Counted from the stretch's first letter, positions 46,496-57,374 are shown. The stretch: 59,849 nucleotides of DNA from Alphaproteobacteria bacterium (GCA_017631895.1 JAGBSK010000003.1:1-59849), one strand, 5' to 3'. Numbers and translations: made by a program. The notes: generated by a model from the letters alone, not told the origin.

Positions 46496-48475
46496 TTATA
46501 CAAATAAATCTTTTACAAATTGGGCGTGTTCGGTTATGAATTTAAATCGAAATTCCGGTTTTTTGCCCATCAGTTCGGAAACAATCGTGCGGGTTTTTTC
46601 CGTGTCTTCGGCACCTTCTTCGGTACGTGGGGGCAGGTCAACACGGATTAAACGACGTGTCTTGGGCGACATAGTCGTTTCCCGCAATTGGTTTGGCATC
46701 ATTTCGCCCAACCCCTTGAATCGAGAGATTTCAACGCGTTTATTTTTGTATTTTGTTGCCTTTAATTGTTCCAGTTCTTCGTCTGTATCGACATAGATTG
46801 ATTCTGTGCCGCATGTTAATTTATACAATGGTGGACATGACAGATACAAATGTCCGCCATAAATCAATTGAGGCATGTATTGATAAAAGAATGCCATTAA
46901 CAAGGACGCGATATGGCTGCCGTCAACGTCGGCATCGGTCATGACAATGATTTTTTCATAACGCAATTTGTCTTCGTTCCAATCTTTGACCGTGCCTGCG
47001 CCGATGATGTCAATCAGTTCGTTTAATTCCTTGTTCGCGCCAAAGCGTTCGTCAGAATTGGATACAACGTTCAAAACCTTGCCACGCAGGGGCATGATTG
47101 CCTGGGTTGCGCGATCGCGCGCCTGTTTTGCTGTACCGCCCGCCGATTCCCCCTCGACAATAAATAATTCTGTGCCGGCGATGCCGTGTTTGGAACAGTC
47201 CGCCAGTTTCGCAGGCATGCGGATGCGTTTCGTCGGGGTTTTGCGTGCGACATCTTTGACCTGTTTTGTTTTTATACGTGCGTTTGCCAAATTGATTACA
47301 AAGTCCAGTAATGCATTCGCTGTTTTTGGGTCGGACGCCAAGAACATTTCCCATGGGTCGCGCAGGGCGTTTTCGGTGAAACGTGCAACCTCGGGATTAG
47401 AGAGTTTTTCTTTGGTCTGGCCCAGGAATTGTGGTGTTTTATAGAACACAGACACGATTGCGGCGACGGAATCAAAAACGTCTTCGCCAATAATAGATGT
47501 GGCGGATTTGTTGTTAACCTTTTCGCCGTATGCCTTAATCCCCTTGGTTATTGCGGATTTGAAACCGGTTTCGTGTGTGCCACCGTCAATTGTCGCAATT
47601 GTGTTGCAGTATGACGAAAAGAAACCATCATCAGACGCCGCGCCGTTTTCATCTGTTAAAAATGTTAACGCCCATTCAACACGACCACAGTCGTCTGGGA
47701 AATCGACGCTGCCGCTGAAAATGCGTGGCAAAATACGGGGTTTAGAATCCGTCTTTTCCGCCAGGAAATCCGCCACGCCATTTGGATAAAAGAATGTTGT
47801 TGTGGCGGGGATATTCATATCGTCCGTCAATAATTCTGGGTTGCAACGCCATTCGATTTTGACCCCACGGGACAGGAATGCCTTGGCCCGGGCCATGCGA
47901 TAGATTTTTATGGGTTTGAATACTGCGTTTGCACCAAAGATTTCATCGTCGATTGTAAATCTGATTTTGGTGCCATGGCCCCGTGTTGCGTCGCCACGTG
48001 TCATTGGGGATGTGGTCAGACCACGTGAAAATGTCTGGTGCCAGTTATAGCCGTCGCGTGCAATATCAACAATCATTTCTGATGACAATGCGTTCACAAC
48101 CGCAGAACCAACGCCGTGCAGACCACCACTGGTTTTATAAACATTGTTATTAAATTTACCGCCTGAATGCAGGGTGGTTAAAATAACCTCTAGCGCGGAT
48201 TTGCCGGGGTATTTTGGGTGTTCGTCCACCGGAATACCGCGACCATCGTCGGCGATTTCAATTGTTTTTGAATCGATTAAATTTACTGTGATTTTCTTGG
48301 CAAAGCCAGCGACGGCTTCGTCAATAGAATTATCCATAATTTCAATCGGCAGGTGGTGCCACGCCTTTTCATCGGTGCCACCAATATACATGCCGGGACG
48401 CAGGCGGACGGGTTCCAATCCTTCTAGAACCTGGATGTCCGACGCGTCGTATGTGTGTGTAGTTTTATCTGTCAT
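46496..48475 (-). CDS. parE: DNA topoisomerase IV subunit B
   Basis: EGLEPVRLRPGMYIG, DNSIDE, GGLHGVG, VEGESAGG, PLRGK, MTDADVDG; short C-terminus LMGKKPEFRFKFI. Confidence 0.88.
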   Translation of the reverse strand: MTDKTTHTYDASDIQVLEGLEPVRLRPGMYIGGTDEKAWHHLPIEIMDNSIDEAVAGFAKKITVNLIDSKTIEIADDGRGIPVDEHPKYPGKSALEVILTTLHSGGKFNNNVYKTSGGLHGVGSAVVNALSSEMIVDIARDGYNWHQTFSRGLTTSPMTRGDATRGHGTKIRFTIDDEIFGANAVFKPIKIYRMARAKAFLSRGVKIEWRCNPELLTDDMNIPATTTFFYPNGVADFLAEKTDSKPRILPRIFSGSVDFPDDCGRVEWALTFLTDENGAASDDGFFSSYCNTIATIDGGTHETGFKSAITKGIKAYGEKVNNKSATSIIGEDVFDSVAAIVSVFYKTPQFLGQTKEKLSNPEVARFTENALRDPWEMFLASDPKTANALLDFVINLANARIKTKQVKDVARKTPTKRIRMPAKLADCSKHGIAGTELFIVEGESAGGTAKQARDRATQAIMPLRGKVLNVVSNSDERFGANKELNELIDIIGAGTVKDWNEDKLRYEKIIVMTDADVDGSHIASLLMAFFYQYMPQLIYGGHLYLSCPPLYKLTCGTESIYVDTDEELEQLKATKYKNKRVEISRFKGLGEMMPNQLRETTMSPKTRRLIRVDLPPRTEEGAEDTEKTRTIVSELMGKKPEFRFKFITEHAQFVKDLFV

Positions 48476-48609
48476 AATGTTAGTATTATTAAAACATTTT
48501 TCAATTTTTCGCAAGCCCAAAGAATTTCAACCTAAAGCATATTTTGGGGTTGAATTTTTGGTGGGCTGTTCTATATATTTGATAACGAATAATTATATGG
48601 ACATATAAA

Positions 48610-49740
48610 ATGAATAAAAACCCGTACGAAGTTTTGGGTGTCGCGCGTGATGCGTCTGATGCCGATATTAAAAAGGCTTATCATAAACTGGTGATGAAAT
48701 ATCACCCAGACAGAAATCCTGATAACAAAGACGCAGAAGAAAAGTTTAAGGAAGTGAACAATGCCTTTGATATTCTGAAAGATCCGCAAAAACGTGCGGC
48801 ATATGATCGCTTTGGTGATGCGGCGTTTGCGGGCGGTAATGCGTCGGGTGCAGGATTTGGTGGCGGCAATCCGTTCGGTAATGGTGCATTCCATTTTAAT
48901 ATGGGTGGTGGCGCCGGCATGGAAGACATATTGCGCGAGGCTATGCGTGGATTTGGATTTGGCGATTTTGGGGGCGGTCCCCAACGCGGTGCGCCACAAC
49001 GTGGTGGGCGCGATTTGCTGGACGAAGTGGTCATTGATTTACGTGATGCGTACTTTGGTAAAACACACACCGTTAAATTTTCCAGCAATGTAGAATGTGA
49101 AAAATGCCATGGACATGGTACGGCGGATGGTAAGCCTGCGCCGGTATGTCCGCGATGTGGGGGCAGTGGTTTTATTCAAACACGCCAGGGATTTTTTGCG
49201 ATGGAGGCCCCGTGTCCAGAATGTAATGGCCTGGGGCGCAAGATTGATAAAAAGTGTTCGATGTGTAATGGTACGGGTACCGAACATAAACAACGTACGT
49301 TAGAGGTTAAGATTCCAGCAGGTATCGAAGATGGTGCGCGTCTGCGCCTTGCGGGGCAGGGTGAAGCCGGTGCAAATGGTGGACCCGCGGGTGATTTCTA
49401 TCTGGATGTTCGTGTGCGTCCCGATAAACGTTTTGAGCGTGCGGGTAATGATTTAATTGCGCGTATGGATGTCCCGTTTGCGACACTTGCGCTGGGGGGC
49501 GAGATTGAGGTTGAAACCATTGACGATAAAAAGTTGTCGGTCAAGGTACCAGCCGGTACCCAGGTTGGTGAAAAACTTCGCGTGCGTGGACATGGTATGC
49601 CGTCGGCACGTCGCGGTGGTACATTTGGGGATTTGTACATAGAAATTGCAATTAAAATTCCGACAAAACTGACGGACAAGCAAAAGAAGTTGTTAAGCGA
49701 ATTTGCCGGAACCAAAACAGATAAAAAAGGATGGTTCTAA
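48610..49740 (+). CDS. dnaJ: Chaperone DnaJ
   Basis: J domain with HPD, G/F region, four CxxCxGxG repeats. Confidence 0.97.
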   Translation: MNKNPYEVLGVARDASDADIKKAYHKLVMKYHPDRNPDNKDAEEKFKEVNNAFDILKDPQKRAAYDRFGDAAFAGGNASGAGFGGGNPFGNGAFHFNMGGGAGMEDILREAMRGFGFGDFGGGPQRGAPQRGGRDLLDEVVIDLRDAYFGKTHTVKFSSNVECEKCHGHGTADGKPAPVCPRCGGSGFIQTRQGFFAMEAPCPECNGLGRKIDKKCSMCNGTGTEHKQRTLEVKIPAGIEDGARLRLAGQGEAGANGGPAGDFYLDVRVRPDKRFERAGNDLIARMDVPFATLALGGEIEVETIDDKKLSVKVPAGTQVGEKLRVRGHGMPSARRGGTFGDLYIEIAIKIPTKLTDKQKKLLSEFAGTKTDKKGWF

Positions 49741-49741
49741 T

Positions 49742-49771
49742 AAAAATCCCCGCCACCCGGCGGGGATTTTT
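49742..49771. terminator. Bidirectional intrinsic terminator
   Basis: AAAAATCCCCGCC-ACCC-GGCGGGGATTTTT. Confidence 0.85.
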
Positions 49772-49788
49772 GTCTTTCCATCATCTGA

Positions 49789-51555
49789 TTATTGGATACC
49801 GACGCGGAACTGGTCGCCCCATTCGGCAACATTTTGACCGCCGATGGTACATTTGATGTCTTCAAATCCGTTTTCTATCTGATTCTTTTTTACTACATGA
49901 CTGGTTATTAAACCACCAGCCGTCCCCAATACAACACCGGCAATACTGTCAGATGCAAGACGCGCTGTGTTAAAATTACCCTCGGCATCTTTCCATACGC
50001 TTTTCTTGTCGCGGAACGTGTTGTGAATCGCTGTCAACTGACTGTAGGCATTGTTGATATTTTGAGACACGGTAAAACTTGCGCTTGCAACACAGGCCGT
50101 GCGTTCGGGGTTAATTTCCTGATTTGCATTTTGACATTTGCATTCATTATTAACCCAATGCGCACCCGTAATTTTGTCGCAGTCCGCAATATCTGTTTTT
50201 AATTGGCATTTCTTGGCGCGCCATTCATGCTGTGGGTTTTCACATTTACATTCGTTATCTTGCCAGTATGCACCAGTACTTGCGGCCGCTTCACAGTCTT
50301 TCTTTTCCTGGGCGATATCGGTCAACACGCATTGGTCACCACTACGTTTGTAATTTTCGTTTGTACATACGCATTCACCATTGGACAAGCGCAGATTTTT
50401 TGATGCACTGCATGTGCACTTGCCACCCGACCAAGTGCCACCCGAATTTGTGCATTTTATTCGTGCTTTTGCGGCTGCATTTTGCTGATTTTGTTTTTGA
50501 CGTTGTGCGTTTTGATCTCGATTTACCGCCTCAATAGACTTTGCACATTTACGATTGGTTTTATCCCATATAAAATCATCTCCTGCGCTGCATTTACAAG
50601 TTCTGTTATTGTCCGCAGGCACAAGTCCTAAAACATCTTTGCATACACACTTTCCTTGCTGATACTCGCCACCATTTTCGGTGCAATACGCTTGATAGTC
50701 AGAATCATACTCACATTTTCCATTTTTCTCTTTATAGCCCTTAGATGTATCACAACTCCACCGCACACACGGCTCTGCGTTCATAACCAAAAAGGAACTT
50801 GCATTATTATGTGAAGTACTGAGGTCTGGATTTTCAACAATTGGTGCCAACGCACGTCCTGCCTGATATTCTTTTGACAAATCCACAGAACCTGGGCATA
50901 TCGCAATATCGCGTGCCGTCCATTTTTTATTTGCCGCATTACATGTCCAAATCTTATTGCGTTTTAATTCTGTACTATTACCTATATACCCCAACCTCAT
51001 GAACACTCTATTCCCATTTGCACAACTACCATTTTCTTTTTGGTCGCACACATAACAACCATGTCCACCTTCTTCCGTTAAATAACGTGCGTCAGACTTA
51101 CACTTATTGGCATTTAACTGAGTACAAGATTGAGAATGTGCATTTTCACACTCTTGATCTTCCACATCAAATTGATATCCCTGAGGACAAAAATAGCACG
51201 CATGCTGTTTGCCTGAATAATCCGACAAGATATAATTTTGACCCTTGCCATTACTATTACTTTCCTTTACAAAAACAGAATTATCAATGCACAACCTTCT
51301 GTGGTCTTTGGCATTCATCGCCTTTTCCGTACCCAACAAACAAGCATTTGCATTTTGACAGAAATCAATTGCCTGGCCATTTTCCAAGTCGTTTGTATCT
51401 CCATCGCTTACACATCTGTATGCGGTGTACTTGGTTCCTTTGTCACGCAAAACAAATTGCCCAAGCGTTGCATCAAAATCATCACATCTTTCATCCGCAA
51501 CAGCTGGCAAAATAAACAAACTGCATAAGAATGCAAAAAAACAAGTCTTTTTCAT
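49789..51555 (-). CDS. Secreted Cys-rich repeat protein
   Basis: Signal peptide; repeated C...GxW...CxC modules; C-terminal Gly-rich hydrophobic helix (SIAGVVLGTAGGLI). Confidence 0.8.
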   Translation of the reverse strand: MKKTCFFAFLCSLFILPAVADERCDDFDATLGQFVLRDKGTKYTAYRCVSDGDTNDLENGQAIDFCQNANACLLGTEKAMNAKDHRRLCIDNSVFVKESNSNGKGQNYILSDYSGKQHACYFCPQGYQFDVEDQECENAHSQSCTQLNANKCKSDARYLTEEGGHGCYVCDQKENGSCANGNRVFMRLGYIGNSTELKRNKIWTCNAANKKWTARDIAICPGSVDLSKEYQAGRALAPIVENPDLSTSHNNASSFLVMNAEPCVRWSCDTSKGYKEKNGKCEYDSDYQAYCTENGGEYQQGKCVCKDVLGLVPADNNRTCKCSAGDDFIWDKTNRKCAKSIEAVNRDQNAQRQKQNQQNAAAKARIKCTNSGGTWSGGKCTCSASKNLRLSNGECVCTNENYKRSGDQCVLTDIAQEKKDCEAAASTGAYWQDNECKCENPQHEWRAKKCQLKTDIADCDKITGAHWVNNECKCQNANQEINPERTACVASASFTVSQNINNAYSQLTAIHNTFRDKKSVWKDAEGNFNTARLASDSIAGVVLGTAGGLITSHVVKKNQIENGFEDIKCTIGGQNVAEWGDQFRVGIQ

Positions 51556-51660
51556 GGAATAACTCTCCTTTTTACAATGTTGAATCTTGTTGATTCAACG
51601 AATGTTCCTCTTTATGATTATATGTCATTTTATCATATTTTTTGTGTCTTTCCAAGAATA

Positions 51661-51687
51661 AAAAAAACCGCCGGATGGCGGTTTTTT
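51661..51687. terminator. Intrinsic terminator of pgsA
   Basis: AAAAAACCGCC-GGAT-GGCGGTTTTTT. Confidence 0.8.
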
Positions 51688-51697
51688 GATTTATTTT

Positions 51698-52309
51698 TTA
51701 TTTCTTTTTCTTGTTCAATGTTTTCATGTGGCCCAGGAATGTTTTTGTGTACTGGGTTGCGGACCAAATGGACGCCACCAATGAAAACCACAAGCCCCAA
51801 ATGCCAATTTGTGGCAAGATATAAATCAGGTACATTAATGTACGACTGTCGGTTGCGGGTGTGATTAATGTGCCAATTGCAAAGATTAATAAAAATGCCG
51901 CAATTGAAATCATCTGCAGGGTTGTTTTTATTTTGCCCATGGAAAAGCGTGCCTTGGGTACCGGCATTTCAATCTTTTGTGTGCCCAAGAATTCGCGCAG
52001 ACCAGAAATGTACAATTCGCGTGCAATCATCAATATGACGGGTACAACAACAAACCAGACCGGCATCATAACAGACAGCATGATTAAAGTATTCACGACC
52101 AGTAATTTATCGCCAATGTGATCCATTACGCCGCCAATCTTGCTGCATACATCATATTTGCGTGCCAGATATCCGTCAAACCAATCGGATATCGCCGCCA
52201 GAACGTACAGCACGAATGTTGTCCAGTACATTTGGAACATCAATGTTGGAATAATTGCAAATGATGCCGCGATGCGGAACGCGGATAAAAAGTTAACAAA
52301 GAATTTCAT
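51698..52309 (-). CDS. pgsA: CDP-alcohol phosphatidyltransferase (PgsA)
   Basis: DWFDGYLAR....S..G..MD..GDK, RELYISGLR, GKIKT. Confidence 0.88.
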   Translation of the reverse strand: MKFFVNFLSAFRIAASFAIIPTLMFQMYWTTFVLYVLAAISDWFDGYLARKYDVCSKIGGVMDHIGDKLLVVNTLIMLSVMMPVWFVVVPVILMIARELYISGLREFLGTQKIEMPVPKARFSMGKIKTTLQMISIAAFLLIFAIGTLITPATDSRTLMYLIYILPQIGIWGLWFSLVASIWSATQYTKTFLGHMKTLNKKKK

Positions 52310-52359
52310 ATAGTTTCTCCTTTGGTTAAATAAATATATGAATAAGCATATTATATCAC

Positions 52360-53778
52360 TTATTGATGAAAATGGGCATATATTTTTTCAGCGGCATTTT
52401 TTCCCAGACCCGGGACGTGTTTAAGTGCATCTATGTCTGCGTCCATAATTGCGCGGACAGAACCAAAATGTTGCATCAATGCCCGCTTGCGCGTTGGGCC
52501 GATGCCGTCGATTTCATCCAAAACCGATGCGGTCATTTGTTTTGCGCGAACGTTGCGATGGTATGTGATTACGAATCGGTGCGCTTCGTCGCGTACGGCG
52601 CGCAACATTAAAAACAGCGGGCTGTCCTTGGGCAGGTCGCGGTGTATTGTGCCGTCGGGTAATATAAAGTGTTCGTCGCCGTCGCGAACCGCACCCTTGG
52701 TGACGCCAAAAACGGGTGTGTCGCCCGCCGCGCGTTTGGCTATATGCCATTGTGCCATACCCCCGTCAACGATTATTAAATCCAGTTTTGGACCGTGTTC
52801 AACGGCGCGACGTACAAATTCCGACATCATGGCGATATCGTTGCCGGCGCGTGATTTGTCAATTAATTTGAAATGTCGATAGCCTGATTTTTCAAAGCCG
52901 TTGTGTCCAAATGTTATCATTGCGCCAACGGGTTGTTTTCCAAACAAATGTGAGTTGTCAAACACACCCGCCAGTTCTATTTTTATGTTCAACCATTTTT
53001 CCAAATCAGATACGTTTTTATTCCAGTCTGAAATCGCGCTGTACGCATTGTTTTGGCGTTTTCCGCGATTTGATGTGTGTGTAAGTGCCGCAATTTTATC
53101 GCGGACAATTGCTGCGTTTTCAAAATCCATGTTTGCGGAAAGTTCGCGCATTTGTTGTGTTAAGTCCGCGATTATGGGGCGGCTGTCCCCGGTAAGTATT
53201 TTTCGCGCTGTACGCACGTTTTCTGCGTATTTTTGTTTGTCTGGGTTTGTGCATGGTGCACAGCATCGGCCAATTTGATGCAACAGACATGGGCGCGTTC
53301 GGTTATGCATTTGTGTGTCGGTACAGGTGCGAATTTGGCATACGCGCTGAATCGTTTTAATTGTTTCGTTTAATGCGGACACAGATGGATATGGTCCGTA
53401 TACATCGCGACGCTGGGATATTTTGCCGCGGAATTTTAACAGACGCGGAAAGTCGCCCGATGTCAATGCCAACATTGGGTACATTTTTCCATCGGTCAGC
53501 ATAATGTTATATTTTGGTTTTTGGGTTTTTATCAATTCCTGTTCGTGCAACAAGGCGTCTGATTCGGTTGGGACGGTTTCCCAATCGACGCGCGCGACCA
53601 ATGTGCGCATAACTTGTTTATGTAATTCCAGTTTGGATATGTCCAGATACTGGTGCAGACGGTTGGACAGGTTTTTCGCCTTGCCCACGTACAGCAGGTT
53701 ATTTTCTGCATCATACATTTTATACACGCCGGGGGCGTGTGGGGCGTTTTCTATTAAATCAGAAAATTGAATATTCAT
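52360..53778 (-). CDS. uvrC: Excinuclease ABC subunit C (compact)
   Basis: PGVY, LYVGKAKNL, PKYNI, FDNSH, IVDGG, RDEAHRF, HhH repeats. Confidence 0.93.
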   Translation of the reverse strand: MNIQFSDLIENAPHAPGVYKMYDAENNLLYVGKAKNLSNRLHQYLDISKLELHKQVMRTLVARVDWETVPTESDALLHEQELIKTQKPKYNIMLTDGKMYPMLALTSGDFPRLLKFRGKISQRRDVYGPYPSVSALNETIKTIQRVCQIRTCTDTQMHNRTRPCLLHQIGRCCAPCTNPDKQKYAENVRTARKILTGDSRPIIADLTQQMRELSANMDFENAAIVRDKIAALTHTSNRGKRQNNAYSAISDWNKNVSDLEKWLNIKIELAGVFDNSHLFGKQPVGAMITFGHNGFEKSGYRHFKLIDKSRAGNDIAMMSEFVRRAVEHGPKLDLIIVDGGMAQWHIAKRAAGDTPVFGVTKGAVRDGDEHFILPDGTIHRDLPKDSPLFLMLRAVRDEAHRFVITYHRNVRAKQMTASVLDEIDGIGPTRKRALMQHFGSVRAIMDADIDALKHVPGLGKNAAEKIYAHFHQ

Positions 53779-53829
53779 AATCTTTATGATAGAATATAAT
53801 ATATTAAATAGCAAATAAGAGGTTTTTCA

Positions 53830-54294
53830 ATGAATCAAGAATCAGGTCGTTCTATGATTGAAATGTTGGGTGTGTTGGCAATTATGGGGGTTATTACCGT
53901 TGGTGCAATCGGTATGATTTCAACAGCAATGCGTACACAGAAATTGACAAGTGTTAATGACCAAGTGGTTCAGATGGTGACTATGGTGCGCAATATTCAT
54001 GGCGAATATGATGATTTTTCTAATATGAATGGGACTACGATTTTTGGTGCAATTGGTATGAGTAATAAGAATCCATATGGTGGTAATTATACTTTGTCGG
54101 TTGATCCGTCTAATCCACGTCAATTTATTGTTGGTATTGATGGTTTGGGGCAAAGTGAATGCGAATCGCTGGTGGCCAAGGCGTGGTCTGATTCAGTTGG
54201 GTATCAATTGTCTGGGGGCAAGCAGGGTGGTGCCACAGGTTCGTGCAAGGGGACGAATGGAACTAATTCTGTTCAGATTGTTTATGGCGAATAA
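53830..54294 (+). CDS. Type IV prepilin-like protein
   Basis: MNQESG/RSMIEMLGVLAIMGVITVG: Gly at -1, Glu at +5, hydrophobic helix; NPYGG; C-terminal Cys pair. Confidence 0.8.
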   Translation: MNQESGRSMIEMLGVLAIMGVITVGAIGMISTAMRTQKLTSVNDQVVQMVTMVRNIHGEYDDFSNMNGTTIFGAIGMSNKNPYGGNYTLSVDPSNPRQFIVGIDGLGQSECESLVAKAWSDSVGYQLSGGKQGGATGSCKGTNGTNSVQIVYGE

Positions 54295-54324
54295 TTTGTG
54301 ATTTTATGCCAAGTGGGGGCGCAG

Positions 54325-55296
54325 ATGGCAGATTTTATTACTGTTTCCAAAGTAGAAGATGGGACGCGTTTGTTGCGGTGGTTTTTGCGCCAGTTTCCGT
54401 CTATGCCACAACGGGAATTTTACAAGTTGTGTCGTGGTGGACAGATACGCGTTAATTCCAAGCGTGTAAGGGGAACAGAAATTCTGCGCGAGGGTGATGC
54501 GGTGCGTGTGCCACCAACCATTGTGGGCTATGCGAATGCGGGACCAAAGAAAACAGAAAGTGGCGAACATTTTTCTTTGGCTGATCTGGAAGAGTTGCGT
54601 AAGTGTATCATTCACAATGACGCGGATGTTGTGGTATTTAACAAGCCCGCCGGACTTGCGGTGCAGGGCGGAACCGGTATCAGAAAGTCAATTGATAAAA
54701 TGGCGGCGGCATTGTTCCCGTATGATAAGATTGCGTTGGTGCATCGATTGGACCGCGAAACAAGTGGAATCTTGGTCGTTGCGAAAAATCAGCGGGCGGC
54801 ACAGAATCTGGCGGCGCAATTTCAAAATAAAACCGCACACAAGGAATATTTGGCACTGTTAAATGGTGATGTTAATCCACGCAGTGGTGTGATTGATAAC
54901 TTTATGTTAAAGGGGCAGGTGTTCGATAATCCGACGCGTTTGAATAATGGAACGGGGCCGCGTCCGCAACGTGCAATTACGGAATATAGCCTGTTGTCAA
55001 ATGCTGCGGGTTGTGTGTCGTGGGTGCGATTTTCGCCGAAAACCGGGCGTACACATCAGTTGCGCCTGCATAGTGCGTTTTCGTTAAATGCGCCGATTGT
55101 TGGTGATAATTTGTATGGCGGGCGTTGTATGGTTGATGGTCCGCTGGGCAGTGTGTTGAAAACAAATAACTTGTTTTTGTTTGCGTATAAGTTAACATTC
55201 CAACACCCTGCAACGGGTCGTATGATAACATTGCGGGCGACGGTACCGGAATTTATGGTGCCTGTGATGCGGTTCTTGGAATTTAAGTTGCCATGA
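54325..55296 (+). CDS. RluA/RluC family pseudouridine synthase
   Basis: S4-like N-terminus; NKPAGLAVQGG, VHRLDRETSG, TGRTHQLR. Confidence 0.92.
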   Translation: MADFITVSKVEDGTRLLRWFLRQFPSMPQREFYKLCRGGQIRVNSKRVRGTEILREGDAVRVPPTIVGYANAGPKKTESGEHFSLADLEELRKCIIHNDADVVVFNKPAGLAVQGGTGIRKSIDKMAAALFPYDKIALVHRLDRETSGILVVAKNQRAAQNLAAQFQNKTAHKEYLALLNGDVNPRSGVIDNFMLKGQVFDNPTRLNNGTGPRPQRAITEYSLLSNAAGCVSWVRFSPKTGRTHQLRLHSAFSLNAPIVGDNLYGGRCMVDGPLGSVLKTNNLFLFAYKLTFQHPATGRMITLRATVPEFMVPVMRFLEFKLP

Positions 55297-57359
55297 AGGT
55301 AAGAAAAAGTATTTTTTTTCCAATTGTTAGAATCCTGGGGTTGTTCGTCATAGGGTTGGTGGTGGCTATTGTTGTAGCGTTCAGCCAGATAAACTTGGAA
55401 TCTTTGCGCGGGAATTTGTTATCTATTTTACGTGATGCGACGGGAATGCCTGTTGAAATTGATGGTGCCGTTTCTTGGAAGTTTTCATTGCGGCCGCATG
55501 TTGAATTGAATCAGGTGCGTATTGCAAATGAGTCTTGGGCAAAAAATAAATATGCGTTTAGTGCGGAAAAAATTGATGTGCGGTTGAATTTAATATCGCT
55601 GTTTCGGGACAGACCAACAATTCAAAATGTCAAAGTTTATGATGCAAAAATTAATATAGAAAAAAATTCCGCGGGTCAGTATTCTGTGACGTCGTTGGCA
55701 AAGAAAGCGGACGAGGCAAAGACCGAAAATTCGGTACCTGATAAGTATCCATTCAAGGATGCAGGTCTGGGTGGGGTAGAGGTAAAAAATCTGAGTGCAA
55801 ATATTTTAGATGAAAAATATTCATTGGCGGGATTTCATATAAGGTCGATGCCACGTAAAGTGGGGCGTGAATATTCGGGTTGGGTTAAGGCTGATAAAGA
55901 TGTGTTGCCCTTTATTTTGCAATTTGGTGAATATAATTCAGAGCGAAAAATTTATCCGGTTCAGGTGGCTTTGTCCACAGGGGGGGACGCGTTAATTGCA
56001 AATATTGCGTTGGAAGGTACCAGCAAAGCCCCAATTGATTTTATTATCAAGGGTGATATTCCAAAGCCATCAATAATTGGCGAAATATTTGGGTTGGATT
56101 TGCGTGATGTGCCGTCGTTGCGATTGAATGTTGCGGGTGGATTTGATTGGAAAAAGATAACATTGCGGAAATCGGTCGTGCGTGTGAATAATACAGAATT
56201 TACAGTTTCAGGTGATTGGGATTGGGCTAAGGTAGGTGGCGCGCTGAATGTAAATATTAAATCGCCAAATGTTGATTTGGTGGATTTGTTCCCGGGGCTT
56301 TATGCGGGGACGGGTGTGCGCGAAAATCGCGAATTAAATGTATTCAAAGATATTCCGCTGTTTGGCAAATATTTATATGGACGCACGGTCAATGCGCATG
56401 TGCGTCTGGGCAAGTTGGTAATGTATCGGGATTTCAGTTTGGATGATTTGGATTTGGTCGCATCCTTGCGTGATAATCGTGCGCGGATTGATATTGATAC
56501 AGGTATCGCCCAGGGGAATATAGAAATAGGCATTGATGCCGATTTAGAACAAAATGGGCAAATCACATTGCAGGCGGCGGCAATTGGTGAACGGATTTAT
56601 GTTGGTGAAATCTTGCGCGCGGTGCACAAGACCGATTTCTTGTCTGAATTGCCAGTTAATGTGGAATTCTATGTTCGTGCAAATGGGGAAAATCTGTCCC
56701 AGGTTATGCAGACCATAACGGGGCCTGTTTATGTGTATTCTGTGGCGCCGGGGTATGCGCATTCTGCGCTGGTGTCGTATATGTATGGGACTGATTTTTT
56801 AACGTCCCTGCGGCATAGTGTTCAGGATTTGTTCAGTTCAGAAAAAAAGTATAATCAGATTAAAATTTCATGTGTGGCGGTTAATGTTAATCTGCGTGAT
56901 GGGTTGATAGAAACGCAGAATGGTGTGGCGATTGAAACAAATGCGATTAACGTTCGTTTGGCGGGTATGTTGGATTTGGGTGATGAAGAAATGAAATTGG
57001 CATTGACGACCGTGCCGGTTCGTGGGTTGAAATTGTCTTTGACAGGGAATGTTGTAAATTCGATTGAGTTGACAGGAAATCTGGCCGAACCGACCGTGCG
57101 TATTAGTGGTGCCGCCGTTGCGGGCAAGGTTGCGTCTGCCACCGGGTTGGGATTGTTGTTGGCGCCGTTTACGGGTGGTATTGGACTGGTCGCGGGGACG
57201 GGTATTGGTTTGGTTGCGGGGGATTTGTTGGAAAATTGGTTGGCGGATGGGAATCCGTGCGAAACGGCAATGGAACGTGGTGCGCCACTGTATCGTGATG
57301 ACCCGGAATGGATGGCGGTGCCAATGGCGGATTTGGTTAATTCTGTTTTAAAAAAATAA
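55293..57359 (+). CDS. AsmA family protein
   Basis: N-terminal TM anchor; ATGMPVEIDG; extended beta pattern; LTGNLAEP near the C-terminus. Confidence 0.78.
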   Translation: MKVRKSIFFPIVRILGLFVIGLVVAIVVAFSQINLESLRGNLLSILRDATGMPVEIDGAVSWKFSLRPHVELNQVRIANESWAKNKYAFSAEKIDVRLNLISLFRDRPTIQNVKVYDAKINIEKNSAGQYSVTSLAKKADEAKTENSVPDKYPFKDAGLGGVEVKNLSANILDEKYSLAGFHIRSMPRKVGREYSGWVKADKDVLPFILQFGEYNSERKIYPVQVALSTGGDALIANIALEGTSKAPIDFIIKGDIPKPSIIGEIFGLDLRDVPSLRLNVAGGFDWKKITLRKSVVRVNNTEFTVSGDWDWAKVGGALNVNIKSPNVDLVDLFPGLYAGTGVRENRELNVFKDIPLFGKYLYGRTVNAHVRLGKLVMYRDFSLDDLDLVASLRDNRARIDIDTGIAQGNIEIGIDADLEQNGQITLQAAAIGERIYVGEILRAVHKTDFLSELPVNVEFYVRANGENLSQVMQTITGPVYVYSVAPGYAHSALVSYMYGTDFLTSLRHSVQDLFSSEKKYNQIKISCVAVNVNLRDGLIETQNGVAIETNAINVRLAGMLDLGDEEMKLALTTVPVRGLKLSLTGNVVNSIELTGNLAEPTVRISGAAVAGKVASATGLGLLLAPFTGGIGLVAGTGIGLVAGDLLENWLADGNPCETAMERGAPLYRDDPEWMAVPMADLVNSVLKK

Positions 57360-57374
57360 GTAGGGGAAAAAAAT

